Part shown: positions 49,155-64,000 of the stretch, in pieces
How positions within the stretch are numbered: position 1 is the first letter of the stretch
Layout of the letters: each line of letters starts with the position of its first letter
NCBI RefSeq assembly: GCF_009914755.1
Contig: NC_060947.1
Origin: the human T2T-CHM13v2.0 reference genome, Homo sapiens
Direction: 5' to 3' (one strand)
DNA: 64,000 nt
The notes under the pieces: model-generated
Databases searched by the model: none
The model's input: only the letters and a program-made list of their open reading frames with translations
Told to the model about the DNA's origin: nothing
Program-made: the position numbers and the translations under genes

Positions 49155-49700
49155 CATAGAGACAAAAAGTAGAACAGTGGTTGCCAGGGGCTGGGGAGAA
49201 AAGAAAACGGGAAGTTTATTGTTTAATGAATACAGAATTTGTTTTGCAAGATGACAAGAGTTCTAGAGATGGAGAGTTGTGATGGTTGCACAATAGTGTG
49301 AATGCAGTTAATGCCACAGAACAGTACACTTAAACATGGTTAAGATGGGCCAGGCATGGGGGTTCACGCCTGTAATCCCAGCACTTTGGGAGGCTGAGGC
49401 AGGCGGATCATTTGAGGCCAGGAGTTGGAGACCAGCCTGGCCAACATGGCAAAAACAGGTCTCTACTAAAAATACAAAAATTAGCCAGGAGTGGTGGTGG
49501 GTGCCTGTAATAGCAGCTACTTAAGAGGCTGAGGCAGAGAATTGCTTGAACCTGGGAGGCAGAGGCTGCAGCGAGCCAAGATCTCACCACTGCACTCCAG
49601 GCTGGGTAACAGAGCGAGACTCCAACTCAAAAAAAAAAAAAAAAAAAAAAGGTTAAGATGGTAAATTTCGTTACATGTATGTTACTACAATTTAAAAAAA
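49155..49700 (+). mobile_element. L1MB-type 3' end split by an AluS (49348-49650)
   Basis: gtggttgccaggggctgggg...gttctagagatgg...; Alu TSD ggttaagatgg. Confidence 0.85.
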
Positions 49701-49836
49701 AAAAATTTTAAGTAAATTGGCTTGTTTCTGAAACATTAAAAAAAAAAGTTGATTGGCTCCAAAGACAGTGCAGTGTAGCAGTTAAAGTGCAGCCAACAAC
49801 TCCATGCACCCGAGACCAATTAAGAACAAAAACTGA

Positions 49837-50306
<470 letters not shown>

Positions 50307-51222
50307 TGAGATAATACCTGTACAGTGCACATCATAGGGACTGGAATATAAAAAGCACTCAATAAACGTTAGCTATTATTAGCAACCACATTAATATAAA
50401 AAGTTGATTTTCCCAAACTAAAGAGAAATGCATTTGTTCCCATTTTGGCAAAAGTGCAAGAGGACAAGTGAATGTGTGTGGCTAGATGCCAAAACTCAAT
50501 GCTAATTCCAGACTGACCAATTATGGCGATATGTGGGCCTTAATTTGAATCCAGGTTTTCTCAAAAGGTGCTTCTGAGAAGGTCTGCAGGAGCATCCCCA
50601 GGGAACTTGTTCAAAATGCAGAGCTCTGTGTGTCAGGCCAAACTTAGTGAATACCAATCTCCGGAGGTGAGGCTTAGAACGCCCAGCCATATCTGGCTAT
50701 AATCAGACACAATGTGGGGAATTTGAGGAGAGGAAGGGAGAGGTAAAATGAATGAAATCTGCTCTACAGTGAGGCTTCCTGATTTATCTGGTCTTGATTA
50801 ACTTTACTAGCAGGTGGGGCATGAATCTTGACATCAATTTCCAAGACCAGCCAAATGTCTCATCTTATTTAAATATTCTTCCCTCACCTACTACCTCCTC
50901 CTCCCCCTAATCTCAATCCTTGATGGAAGAGCATACTACACAAATTTAGGACTCAATCCTCTCCATCACACCACTTTTAGTTACCCATTCATTTGGTTCC
51001 ACTGTAGGAAGATGAAACCAAATGTCATATTCTCAGAATAAAATTGCACAAATTTAGATATTATAATATCTATTTCCAGTAACTACCTGGTTTCTCATCT
51101 GGCCACTAAAGTTCTTTTAGTTACTGCCCTTCTTATGCTCTTTAGCCAAGAACAGTAAAACACCTCTGAAGAACCTTCCTTAGGGTAAGCAGGATATCAA
51201 CCTAGGTTTCCTTTTGAGACTA

Positions 51223-51599
<377 letters not shown>

Positions 51600-52351
51600 T
51601 TATATTCAAGTGGTTGCTAATAATAGCTAAGGTTTATTGAGTGCTTTCTATATTCCAGTCCCTGTGATGTGTACTATACAGATATTATCTCATAAAATTG
51701 TTAGAGGAACCTGCTTGTTTTCAGTATTTTATAAATAAGGGAACTGAGGTACAGGGAGATTAAATGAATTGCCCAAATCACATACCTTCTTAGGAGTAGA
51801 GCAGGATACAGGAGAACAACGTTAGGAAGTGAAAAAGGAAAAGTCAGAAGTTATCTGAGACGTTTTTCTTTGAGAAGTACTTCTAGCTCATTCTTCCTGT
51901 CAAGCTGAGTAGCAGCCTTATACATTTTATCTGACAAGAAAACACATTACTTCATCTGCAGCATCAGGAATTAACAAAAGAGCCAAACTGCTGACCTTCA
52001 GTTACTAAATCCTTCTACAGTACTTACACTACAGTAGGAAGTAGGGTAGTCTGGGAAAAGAAACAACAGCAAATATAGTCTTGAAGCTCACCCCCACAAA
52101 AACAATAAAATAAAACTTCCTAGAAAAGCTGTTGATAAAGTGTCCATTGAAAGAAAATGCTACAGCCACTTCTCTAACAAGAACAAAACAAAAATGGTGT
52201 GTTTTTTCCCAAAATTATTATATAACTGATCCTAGAGAAAAATCACTATCTCTAGAAGCACCCTCCCAGCCACACAGATGTTTGTCAAGTACCCTTTCCA
52301 AACAAGGCAGTACCTTAGGCAGAAAGTGCGGCTGAAATCCCAATACAACAA

Positions 52352-52515
52352 TTTTTTTTGAGATGCGATCTCAACTATGTTGCCCAGGCACAAGTGCAGT
52401 GCCTGTTCACAGGCAAGATCATCACATACTGTAGCTTTGAACGCCTGAGCCTAAGGGTTTCTCCTGCCTCAGCCTCCCAAGTAGCTAGGACCACAGGTGG
52501 GCATCACCACATCTC
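52352..52515 (-). mobile_element. Alu monomer (FRAM/FLAM-like)
   Basis: tttttttgaga...tgttgcccagg...ctcctgcctcagcctcccaagtagct. Confidence 0.75.
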
Positions 52516-53610
52516 CCTAACACATTTCTTTATTTATAACAAGAAATCTTCTAAGCTGCAAGTGATGCCAATTTTAATCCTGAGCTAGAAAGCAGGGAGA
52601 ATAACAGTACCTACCTCAAAGGATTTGAGAGGACTCCAGGAGGTAACGATGTAGAAAGTGTTTTAAACAGCACCTGGCATTTGCTAGAGGAACAGAAAAT
52701 GTTAGCTGCTGCAGCTAAGTTTTACACAACCAAAAATTCTAGATAAACCTTGGCAATTTGCTTAAATGGAAAACTGACTTAAAAAACCAAAATGCAGTAA
52801 GAGGGTTATTTAAAATAGACAAGAAATGCCTGCAGGTGAACAATGCCATATCTATGCCATATGCAGGACTGGGCAGTATTAAGGGGCACAGGGCTCAACC
52901 AAAGAGAGACTACAATTTCTGACCTGGAAAAGTGACATGCTAATGAGGGAAACAGGACAAACACTCATGTGAGACTAGACTTCATTCGTCTGTGCCATCT
53001 ACCAATGACCATCAATGATTCCCCAAATGGCTGAGCCTCCACTGCTGCTATTTCAAAGGCAATTCCTCTGGGGCCCCTGGTCTGAGTTTCTGTAAGCCCA
53101 GGGGCCTATGTGCAGTACCAACTATTGGATTTTCCTGTGCTGCTGTTCTTCTGCTTAATTGCTTCCTCAGTTGTTCATACGTGGATTTCCTTGTAACACC
53201 TCAAAGGGAAGTTAAGAAGTAGCAATTAACATTTATGACCAATATCATTTTAGAAGACACAACTTATGACCTTGCCAGGCACAAAACACATCATTTATAG
53301 TGATGATAACCCTTAAGACAGTAGCCGTAAGCTAAATAATATATGCGGCTAAGAAGAGACATGTCAATATAAGAGCAACCTTGTTATTTCCGGCTCACCA
53401 AGAGTCATTAACCAAGCTGCCACCCATTCACCACAAGATATACACACCTAGTATCAGTAGAGCTGGACAGGGCCTTGCACAGAAGCAATTTAGGGAAGGG
53501 GGAATGAAAATGTTAAAGAATTGACTTGCGTCCCAGTGCGGCAGTGGGTAGCAAACTTCCACAAATGAGCTGTGCTCCACAGATGCTTTGCAAAAGTCCA
53601 CTGTTGGCTA

Positions 53611-54034
<424 letters not shown>

Positions 54035-54835
54035 CTACCCTTTCTTAGCGTTATAACTTTAACTCATTTAACTTCTCTAAGTTTTACTTTCTGACACGTA
54101 AAATGAAAATAATAAAGGATTAGGGTGATGAGTCAGCAAATAATGCACAGACAAAGCTTAGCACAATGTCTGGCACACTGTTGTACTCAATAATTATTGT
54201 TACCCTTGAAATAATAAAAATGGTGTGCAGGTAGCCAGAAAAGCCCACAAAGGTCTATTTTACCAATAATGTGGCCAAAATAGCAAATATTTATCACACA
54301 AAGTTAGTAAAGCCAAATATTGGCAATAATAGTTACGGACAGAAAATAAAATTAATATGTTTTTAACTTTGTGTGAAAATCAAAACAAGATATTTTTGTT
54401 GATTCTGAAGAAAATCTGACACCCTGAAAGACCTTTAACTATGGATTACATAGATTCATTCATTCAAAGAACATTTATTGAGCACCTACAAAAAATCTGT
54501 TAGGTACCAAAGACTGAAAAATGCTAACAATAGAAGCAAGTGTAAAATGCTATAATGGACACAGAACACAGGGACGGGAAGAATTCGTTCTACCCCAGGT
54601 ACGTCAGAGAAGGAAGATCCAGGGCAGCATACCACAGAAGAAATGACATTTGAGTTGGGTCTAGGATTTCACCAGTGAATGGAAGAGCGGCAGCTTCAGA
54701 AAGGGAACAACAGGAGCCAATACCTAGAGGCATCTGGCAAACACCAAGAGGTACCTGAGGTATCTAGCAGCCTATAAATAGCGTGGTACGGACAGAGACT
54801 AGGGGGAGGGGAGGGGGAATCATAGAAAGGAGACT

Positions 54836-55052
54836 AAGCCTGGGCAACATATCAAGACTCTGTCCTACAAAAAAATACAAAAAGTAACCAGGCATGGTAG
54901 CGTACACTTGTAGTCCCAGCTACTCAGGAGGCTGAGCTGGGAGGAGGCTCAGCCTGGGGAGTTTGAGGCTACAGTGAGCCACGATAGTACCACTGTACTT
55001 CAGCCTGGTAACAGAGCAAGACCTCATGTCAAAAACAAAACAAAACAAAACA
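54836..55052 (+). mobile_element. 5'-truncated AluJ
   Basis: agcctgggcaacat...(caaaa)n; TSD aggagacta. Confidence 0.82.
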
Positions 55053-55096
55053 GGAGACTATAAATGTAGGCCTGAGAAAACCTGTGAGGGCCGGAG

Positions 55097-55660
55097 AGAA
55101 AGGAAATAAAATCAGTATCTTGAAGGGATATCTGTACCCCCATGTTCATTGTAGGATTATTCACAATAGCCAAGATATGGTCACAACCTAAGTATCCATC
55201 AACAGATAAATGGATAAAGAAAATGTGGTATATATTACACAATGGAATATTATTCACCATTAAAAAAACAAAAAAAAAATCATGCCATTTGTAACAAAAT
55301 GAATGAACCTAGAGGACAGTTATGCTAAGTGAAATAAACCAGACACAGAAAGGCAAATACTATATGGTCTCACTTATATGTGGAATCCTAGAAAAGCTGA
55401 ATCCCAGAAACAAAGAGTGGTTTCCAGAGATAAGGGGGTGAGATAGGAAAATAATCAAATGGCACAAATTTTCAGATAGAAGATGAACAAGTTCTGGGGC
55501 TCTAATGTACACCATGGGTGGTATTAGATGAGTTAATTAATTTGACCGTGATAATCATTACACAATATATATGTATATCAAATCATCACATTGCACTGCA
55601 CACTTTCAATTTATACAATCTTTGTCAATTAAATATTTTAAAATAATTTTTCAAAAAAGA
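55097..55660 (+). mobile_element. L1MA-type 3' end
   Basis: cccatgttcattgtaggattattcacaatagccaagatatgg...caaatcatcacattg. Confidence 0.82.
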
Positions 55661-58309
55661 ATACCCATTAGGGAATTTGCGCACCTCTAGACTTTGGCAT
55701 AGAGGCAACTGGATGCAGCAAGACTGGTGTTTCCAAATAGCACTGTCTATAGATAAAGAAATGCAAGGAAATAACTACTTTAAAAGTCAGGATAATGGTT
55801 ATTTCAGAAGGAGAGAAGGTTTTTGACTGGGAGAGGGCACCTGGAAGGACTTCTGGGGTGGCTGACAAAGCTCTATTGCTTGATCTGGATGGTGATTTCA
55901 AGTATGTGTGCCTTGTAATATTGTATTAAGCTACACATTTGTTTGATTTTTTAAATTCTTGTCTCATTTTACAATAAAAAAGCTAAAAAGGAAAGAAAAA
56001 AAAAACACCTTCTTTTGCCACTATATAGGCCATCCAGGGCAGAGAGGGTACAAAAAGATGAGGAAAGAAGTTATTACCTCAAGATGAAAGATGATGAGGG
56101 CCAGGCCCAGAGCAAGAATAGTAGGAGTAAGAAGAATGAAATAAACCCACTGGTGAAACATCTTGAGAGTAGGCTGCCACAAAGTTCCAGAGGACTTTAG
56201 CAGGAGAAGGCTTAAAGAAGATAGAGAGTGATTTCAGATTTGGACATAGTGAGTATGAGATGTCTTTGGGAATTCAAATACTACTTTCCCCTTGCTCATT
56301 TTAATGTATGGCTTTCCTTTGCCTTGGTACACATCTCTCAATAGTAATACTCTATTTCCTACCATTTACAATTCAATTCATGTGTTTGGCTTTCAAATGG
56401 GATAGAATGAGGAGGAGGAGGAGGAGGAGGTAGTTCTTGATGTAATCAGGCAAAACTTGGAAAACAAAGGAGGAAGATGGTTAAAAGAAATGTTTTAGTA
56501 GTAAAAGACAAGTAAAGGAGATAATATCCCATGTGAACTACTCCACTGAAAGGGAAGAAAGGATACAGAAGAAGAGCTATTGGGTCAGATTCCCCACCTG
56601 ATCAGCAAAAATCAAGGGAAGGGGGATACATCATGCACTCGCCTTATTTTCACATCTGGGACTTTCTTAAGTTAGCTATATGTAATCTAAAGGAGAATTA
56701 TAATAGAAATTTGAAAGTAAGAGAGATGGTAAATAAGACAGACAAGAAAAGGTATTCTACACCAGGTTAGCACACAATGGAGAAGCAAGTAATTTTGCTT
56801 AATCTACAAGTCATAACAAACTGTCCTCACTTGGAAGAAAAGACAGATATAAGCAACTGTGTGTTAATTACAGTCTGGGACACAGCAGCCCAGGTCCATA
56901 GAGTTGGGTTGCTATGGCCCATAATTTAACAAATGCATGAACAACTGACTTTGATAACATTCAACTGGAAATATTAAGATGTTACCCTCAGAGTCCTGCT
57001 TCTATTGCATAATAAAAGAACTCTAGCTACCATTTATTGAGCACTTACTCTATGCCAGGCACAGTCTAAGCCTTCAGCATCCATTATCTGATTGAAACCT
57101 CACAGCAAGCCCATGAGGTAGGTGCCATTAATCATCACCACATTACGAATAAGGAATGCCTTCAAGTGGTAACTCTAGGGAAACAAGATATGAGGAAGAC
57201 TGCATAGAGCAGACTTGGGCCTGGGCTAAAAGGAGTGCCTGCCTCATACATGGTTCAACCCAGGCCACGAGAGTAGAATATTTCATAAGGAGTATGGGCT
57301 GTATCTCCAGTTGCTGATATAGAGTGATTTTTTTTCAGGTCTTATCCTCAGCATGTTTATCTCCTACCACTGCAACATGTGGCAGTGGTAGGCGGCCGGT
57401 AGCAATTCTAAGATTTGGGATCCCAGCCAGCTCTCTGTTTCTTTCCATCAGAAATATAACCAACATCTGGCAGAGTCAGCAAACGTCAAGATGTATGGGT
57501 CTCCACTAATTCATACATTACAAACTGGCTTCTCAAAATTGGTCAAATTCCATTACAGAATTACAGTTCAGCTGCACTGAATACTAAATACATATGAGCC
57601 ATTAGCTGAGACTTTGAAATCTCTTTGCTCTATGGAAATTTCTATTCTGGTAGTAGTTGTTGCATGAGATTTTATCTTTATCGCACTTTTCCTGGCAGCA
57701 GTAAAATTCCATTTCCATCAACTGTTTCCTCTCAAGAAAGAAGTCTCTCAGGAAATACTCAAAACATTGTTCAACAAAGTTCTCAAATATGAATCATTTT
57801 CAACTGCCAGGAAGACACTCCTTTCCCCCACTGTTTTGCATCATAATAGGCTTTCTCTAAAATGACAGCTTTGGGGGAAGATATACTTATTTGGGGAAAA
57901 AAGACATTTATTAACTACAGTGTAAATCCTTTATTCTTCTCCCTCTATGGCTTTGCTTAAGCAGTTCCCTCTGCCTCAACTACCTTCTCCCCAGATCTGC
58001 CTGTCCAAGCCCTACCAATGCATTCATTCAAACGAACACTTCCTGAGTACCTAACAGATTTTTGGTCCTGTAATAGGTGGTAGGGGTACAAATCAAATAA
58101 ATGTATTAAAAATTTGCCAAGCAAAGATTATGGTATGATCATGGCAGGACGTGGGATCACGATGGACATTCTGAGATTTTCCTTCAATGAAAAGTTTTTT
58201 GGAAGAAAAAACATTTACAGCTGGCCCTTTAAGGACAAGCAGGAGGAATTTAACGAAAGAGAAAAGGAATTTATGGTAGCCAAGAAGAGGCCAAGAGGCA
58301 ACTCAAGGG

Positions 58310-58725
58310 TCTCCAACTACAAGGAGCACAACTGATTAAGGACCCCATCTGCCTCAGAAACTCATCCTAGTGTCTGTACTAAGTCACACCTCCAAAGGGG
58401 TGCTCCCAACCAATCACTGAGTACAGCAGGGATACCAAAGCAGACTGTTGCTGGAAGTTGCAGGACTCCACTAACAGCTGACTTTGCACTCCCCAATAGC
58501 TTTTCTGAATCTTCTTTAGACTGCACTGCCGTCTGGAAACCTTCTGCCTAACCAGCTCTCCCCTATCCCCCCTTCACTAGGGCTCAGACTTGCATGAAGG
58601 ACTAATGGCACTCCCAGCCTTCTCAGCCCCCTCACCATTGTCTGTTCCACATGCATTTTCCCCTAATAAACCCTTGCCAATTTAATCCTGTGTGTCTGTT
58701 TTTCAGAGGACCCAGATTAATACAG
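58310..58725 (+). mobile_element. Old ERVL-type solo LTR (LTR16-like)
   Basis: ccctaataaacccttgcc...taatcctg...tctgtttttcagaggacccagattaataca terminus. Confidence 0.55.
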
Positions 58726-60414
58726 CATTCTATACAGAGAGCTCAGCATAAATAAATACCCAGAGGTATGAAAAATCATGATGGGTTCTAAGCACCCCAA
58801 GGAGTGGTATGTGCCTGAAGCAAGCTGTGGAAGTGTAGAAGAAGCTGGGCCAAATCAGTGGAGGCCTTGTATGTCCTGATAAGAAACTTCAACTTGGTCC
58901 TATGAGAAACAGGGAGCCACCAGAAAGTTTTAAGCAAGGAAAGGGCATGTTTTTCAAAAAACTGTTCTGCTAGCAGAACGAAGGGTGGACAGGGCAAAGC
59001 AGAAATTGGAAGCACCTCTATGTATGCTTCCATCTTGTCTGCTAGCTTGTGAGGTCCTGAAGGATGAAATCATATTTTTTGCTTGTTTTGCTTTAATCTT
59101 AGAATAGTGTTTAACACGAAGTAGCTCCTCAAGAGGCCCCACTAAATCTACAAGGTTGGGCCTCACCTCATGGCCCAACATTTTAGTTAAAGCCACTCAA
59201 AAGTTTCATGAAGCCTGGTCATTCCTGCTTGGACACTGGAACCCTCTCCATCAATCTAGAAAGAGATGGTTATGTGTATGAAGGGTAGAAGAAACTATTC
59301 CCAAACTTTGCCTCTTGCCGACTGGTTATTTCATGAACTCCTTTGAAGACAGGCATCTAATCACATTTGTTGATCCTAACTGTGGGACAAAGGTAGTCAT
59401 TAGATATTTAGTTTTTGAATGTTAACCAAATCAATGAAATTTAGAGAGCCAGATCAAGCTCAAGGCCCAGAGGTCTAATCCAAAGAACATAAACAAAAAT
59501 CAGAATTGGCTTCTGAATATGGACTCACTGTCCAATGATGATCTTTGGGAAAATGTAGCCTTATTTTTTTCATCATAAGGTGGCAATAAGACCTACCCTA
59601 AAATGATGTACAAAGTAAGGTGAAAATTAAATAAGAAGATGTGGCCACTGTAATTGGAAAAGAGTAAAATAAATTTTACAGACTGAATATACAATTGGGG
59701 AAAATAGACAAATCGAAGATATCAAAACCTAAATATCACCCTAACACAAAGACATCCTGGACTTCTGAATAAATATGAGAAACATAACTTACTTATTACA
59801 TTGTGACATCAGCTTGCTAAGAAAGGTCATAATTAACCACAAAGTCTACAATAAAACTCTAAGTTTAACATATTTACTTAAAGACTTCATGGCTAGAAGG
59901 AAAGCATACTGATTACCAATTCTGATTTTCAACAATATCAAGGGATGGTGTGGTATTATCCAAAAATTGTCAAGATACAATTTTCATGTGTCAAGCAGCA
60001 CTTTTGGCTGGAAGAGTACTTCTATGAAATCAAATAATCATATGAACCAATTCCCAGAAGGCTATTGATTGGTAGAGTTGGAGCCAACAGCCCTCCCAAA
60101 GTCCAAGGCACTGATAGTCTGATGCCCTTTCTCAGACTCATTCTCATCTCCCTGACTTGACTAATGAAACACACAGAAGCTCTTGGGCCCTGCTTGTAAG
60201 ACCCAAAATAACCTTACTGAAACAACCTGAAATGGTTTGTGTCACTTAGAGAAGACAGTCTCACGTCATAAACTGTCAGATCTACATGGGCTAAGGGACT
60301 AAAGTTAGCTAGCAATGGTCTGTTGTCCATGTAAAATAAAAACGGCATCTCCAATCCTCCACACTGAGATAACCACTTCCAAACCAGTAGGCAAGTCCAG
60401 AGCATTCAGGAATA

Positions 60415-60545
60415 CTTTATTTTTTATTTTGATGAGGTCTTGCTATGTTGCCCAGGCTGGTCTTGAACTCCTGGCCTCAGGCAATCCTCCCTCCTGGGCC
60501 TCTCAAAGTGCTGGGATTACAAGCGTGAGTCACTGCACCCAGCTC
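60415..60545 (-). mobile_element. FLAM-type Alu monomer
   Basis: ggtcttgctatgttgcccaggctggtcttgaactcctggcctcag...gtgagtcactgcacccagc. Confidence 0.8.
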
Positions 60546-61529
60546 AGCAGTACTTTTTAAAATTTTCCAAATTTGCAAACTGATTTAGTAAATACCTTGT
60601 GTTATTTTGACTTGAGAAGGAGTGAAAAGTAGACAAAATGAATTCCATTTTTATAAAAGAACTTTAGGCAATTTTGTCAAAAGAACTAAACAAACAACTA
60701 TAGAAATCATTCTAAGTCTCCTTTGCCATCTTCTAAAACCAGATTATTTTCATTTACAAAATACATTTAATGGTAGGAAATCAATAATGATGATAGTAAT
60801 GGACACCACTAAATTGAGCACATTCTATGTGAGACATTTTACATATATTATCTGTATTCCTCAAAACTCAATGTAAATGTTCTACATTTCAAATTTTTAA
60901 AACATGAGGCTCAGAGAGACAAATGTGCCACAAATCAAGTAAATGGCAAAGCTGAGATACAAATCACGATATCTAAAAGCCCAGATTTTAGATGGCAATG
61001 AAAGGTGGGAGGGCTTTTCTCTCCTTCCAAATCTCAATTTCTACCTCACTCTCCCAATTCCTGTCCTTCCCTCCCTTCCTCTGTCTCTCTCACACAAACA
61101 CAAACACATGCACACACATACCCACTCACTTCCAAAGAGAGGCGATACCATACAGTGAGCTAATAACGGTTTTATCCAAAACACCTGCATTTAAATTCTG
61201 ACCGCCCCCCCACCACCCTGCCATTTACTAGCTCCAAGACTTGGTGGTACAAATTGTTTGATGGACCTCACTTTCCATCAAGTGAGATTAAATAAGATAA
61301 ACATACACACTGCCTAGTACATACTATTTTTGTTACATTTCCCCCCACTCACTTTTGATAGCCTAAAAGACCAAACGAAGAGGAACCAAAAACATGCTAC
61401 CTGTATTGTATGCTAAGCAAGGGAGTTAGCACTTCCCTTAGGATGGAAAAATTTCTATGACTTATAAAACACACATATGGTTAAGGAATTGCTACCTACT
61501 TCATTTCTTTTATCCATGATTTTTATCCA

Positions 61530-64000
<2,471 letters not shown>

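Overview
Primate (almost certainly human) genomic DNA from the 5' part of the X-linked P4-ATPase phospholipid flippase gene ATP11C, transcribed on the minus strand. Two coding exons are recognisable: an alternative first coding exon (8121-8086, MQMVPSLPPASE) and a 120-nt exon (2755-2636, CAGEEKRV...CDNRIVSSK). The rest is intron, densely filled with transposable elements: about 37 Alu pieces (including young AluYa5 and AluYb-lineage copies), L1, L2, MIR, a full MST (MaLR) provirus and a MER21 solo LTR. The most unusual structure is a 5.6-kb HERV-IP10(FH)/LTR10 element laid out as R-U5...U3-R-poly(A) with an L1-type target-site duplication. It looks like a retroviral RNA copied into the genome by L1 machinery, nested in an MST element, which is nested in an L2. 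Other candidates worth checking: a UG-repeat-flanked 18-nt poison micro-exon, an overlapping uORF specific to the alternative first exon, a perfect 42-bp palindrome within an octamer cluster, an orphan poly(A) retrocopy, and a local inverted duplication. No new protein-coding system is supported. Repeat subfamily names come from recalled consensus motifs, not a database search.
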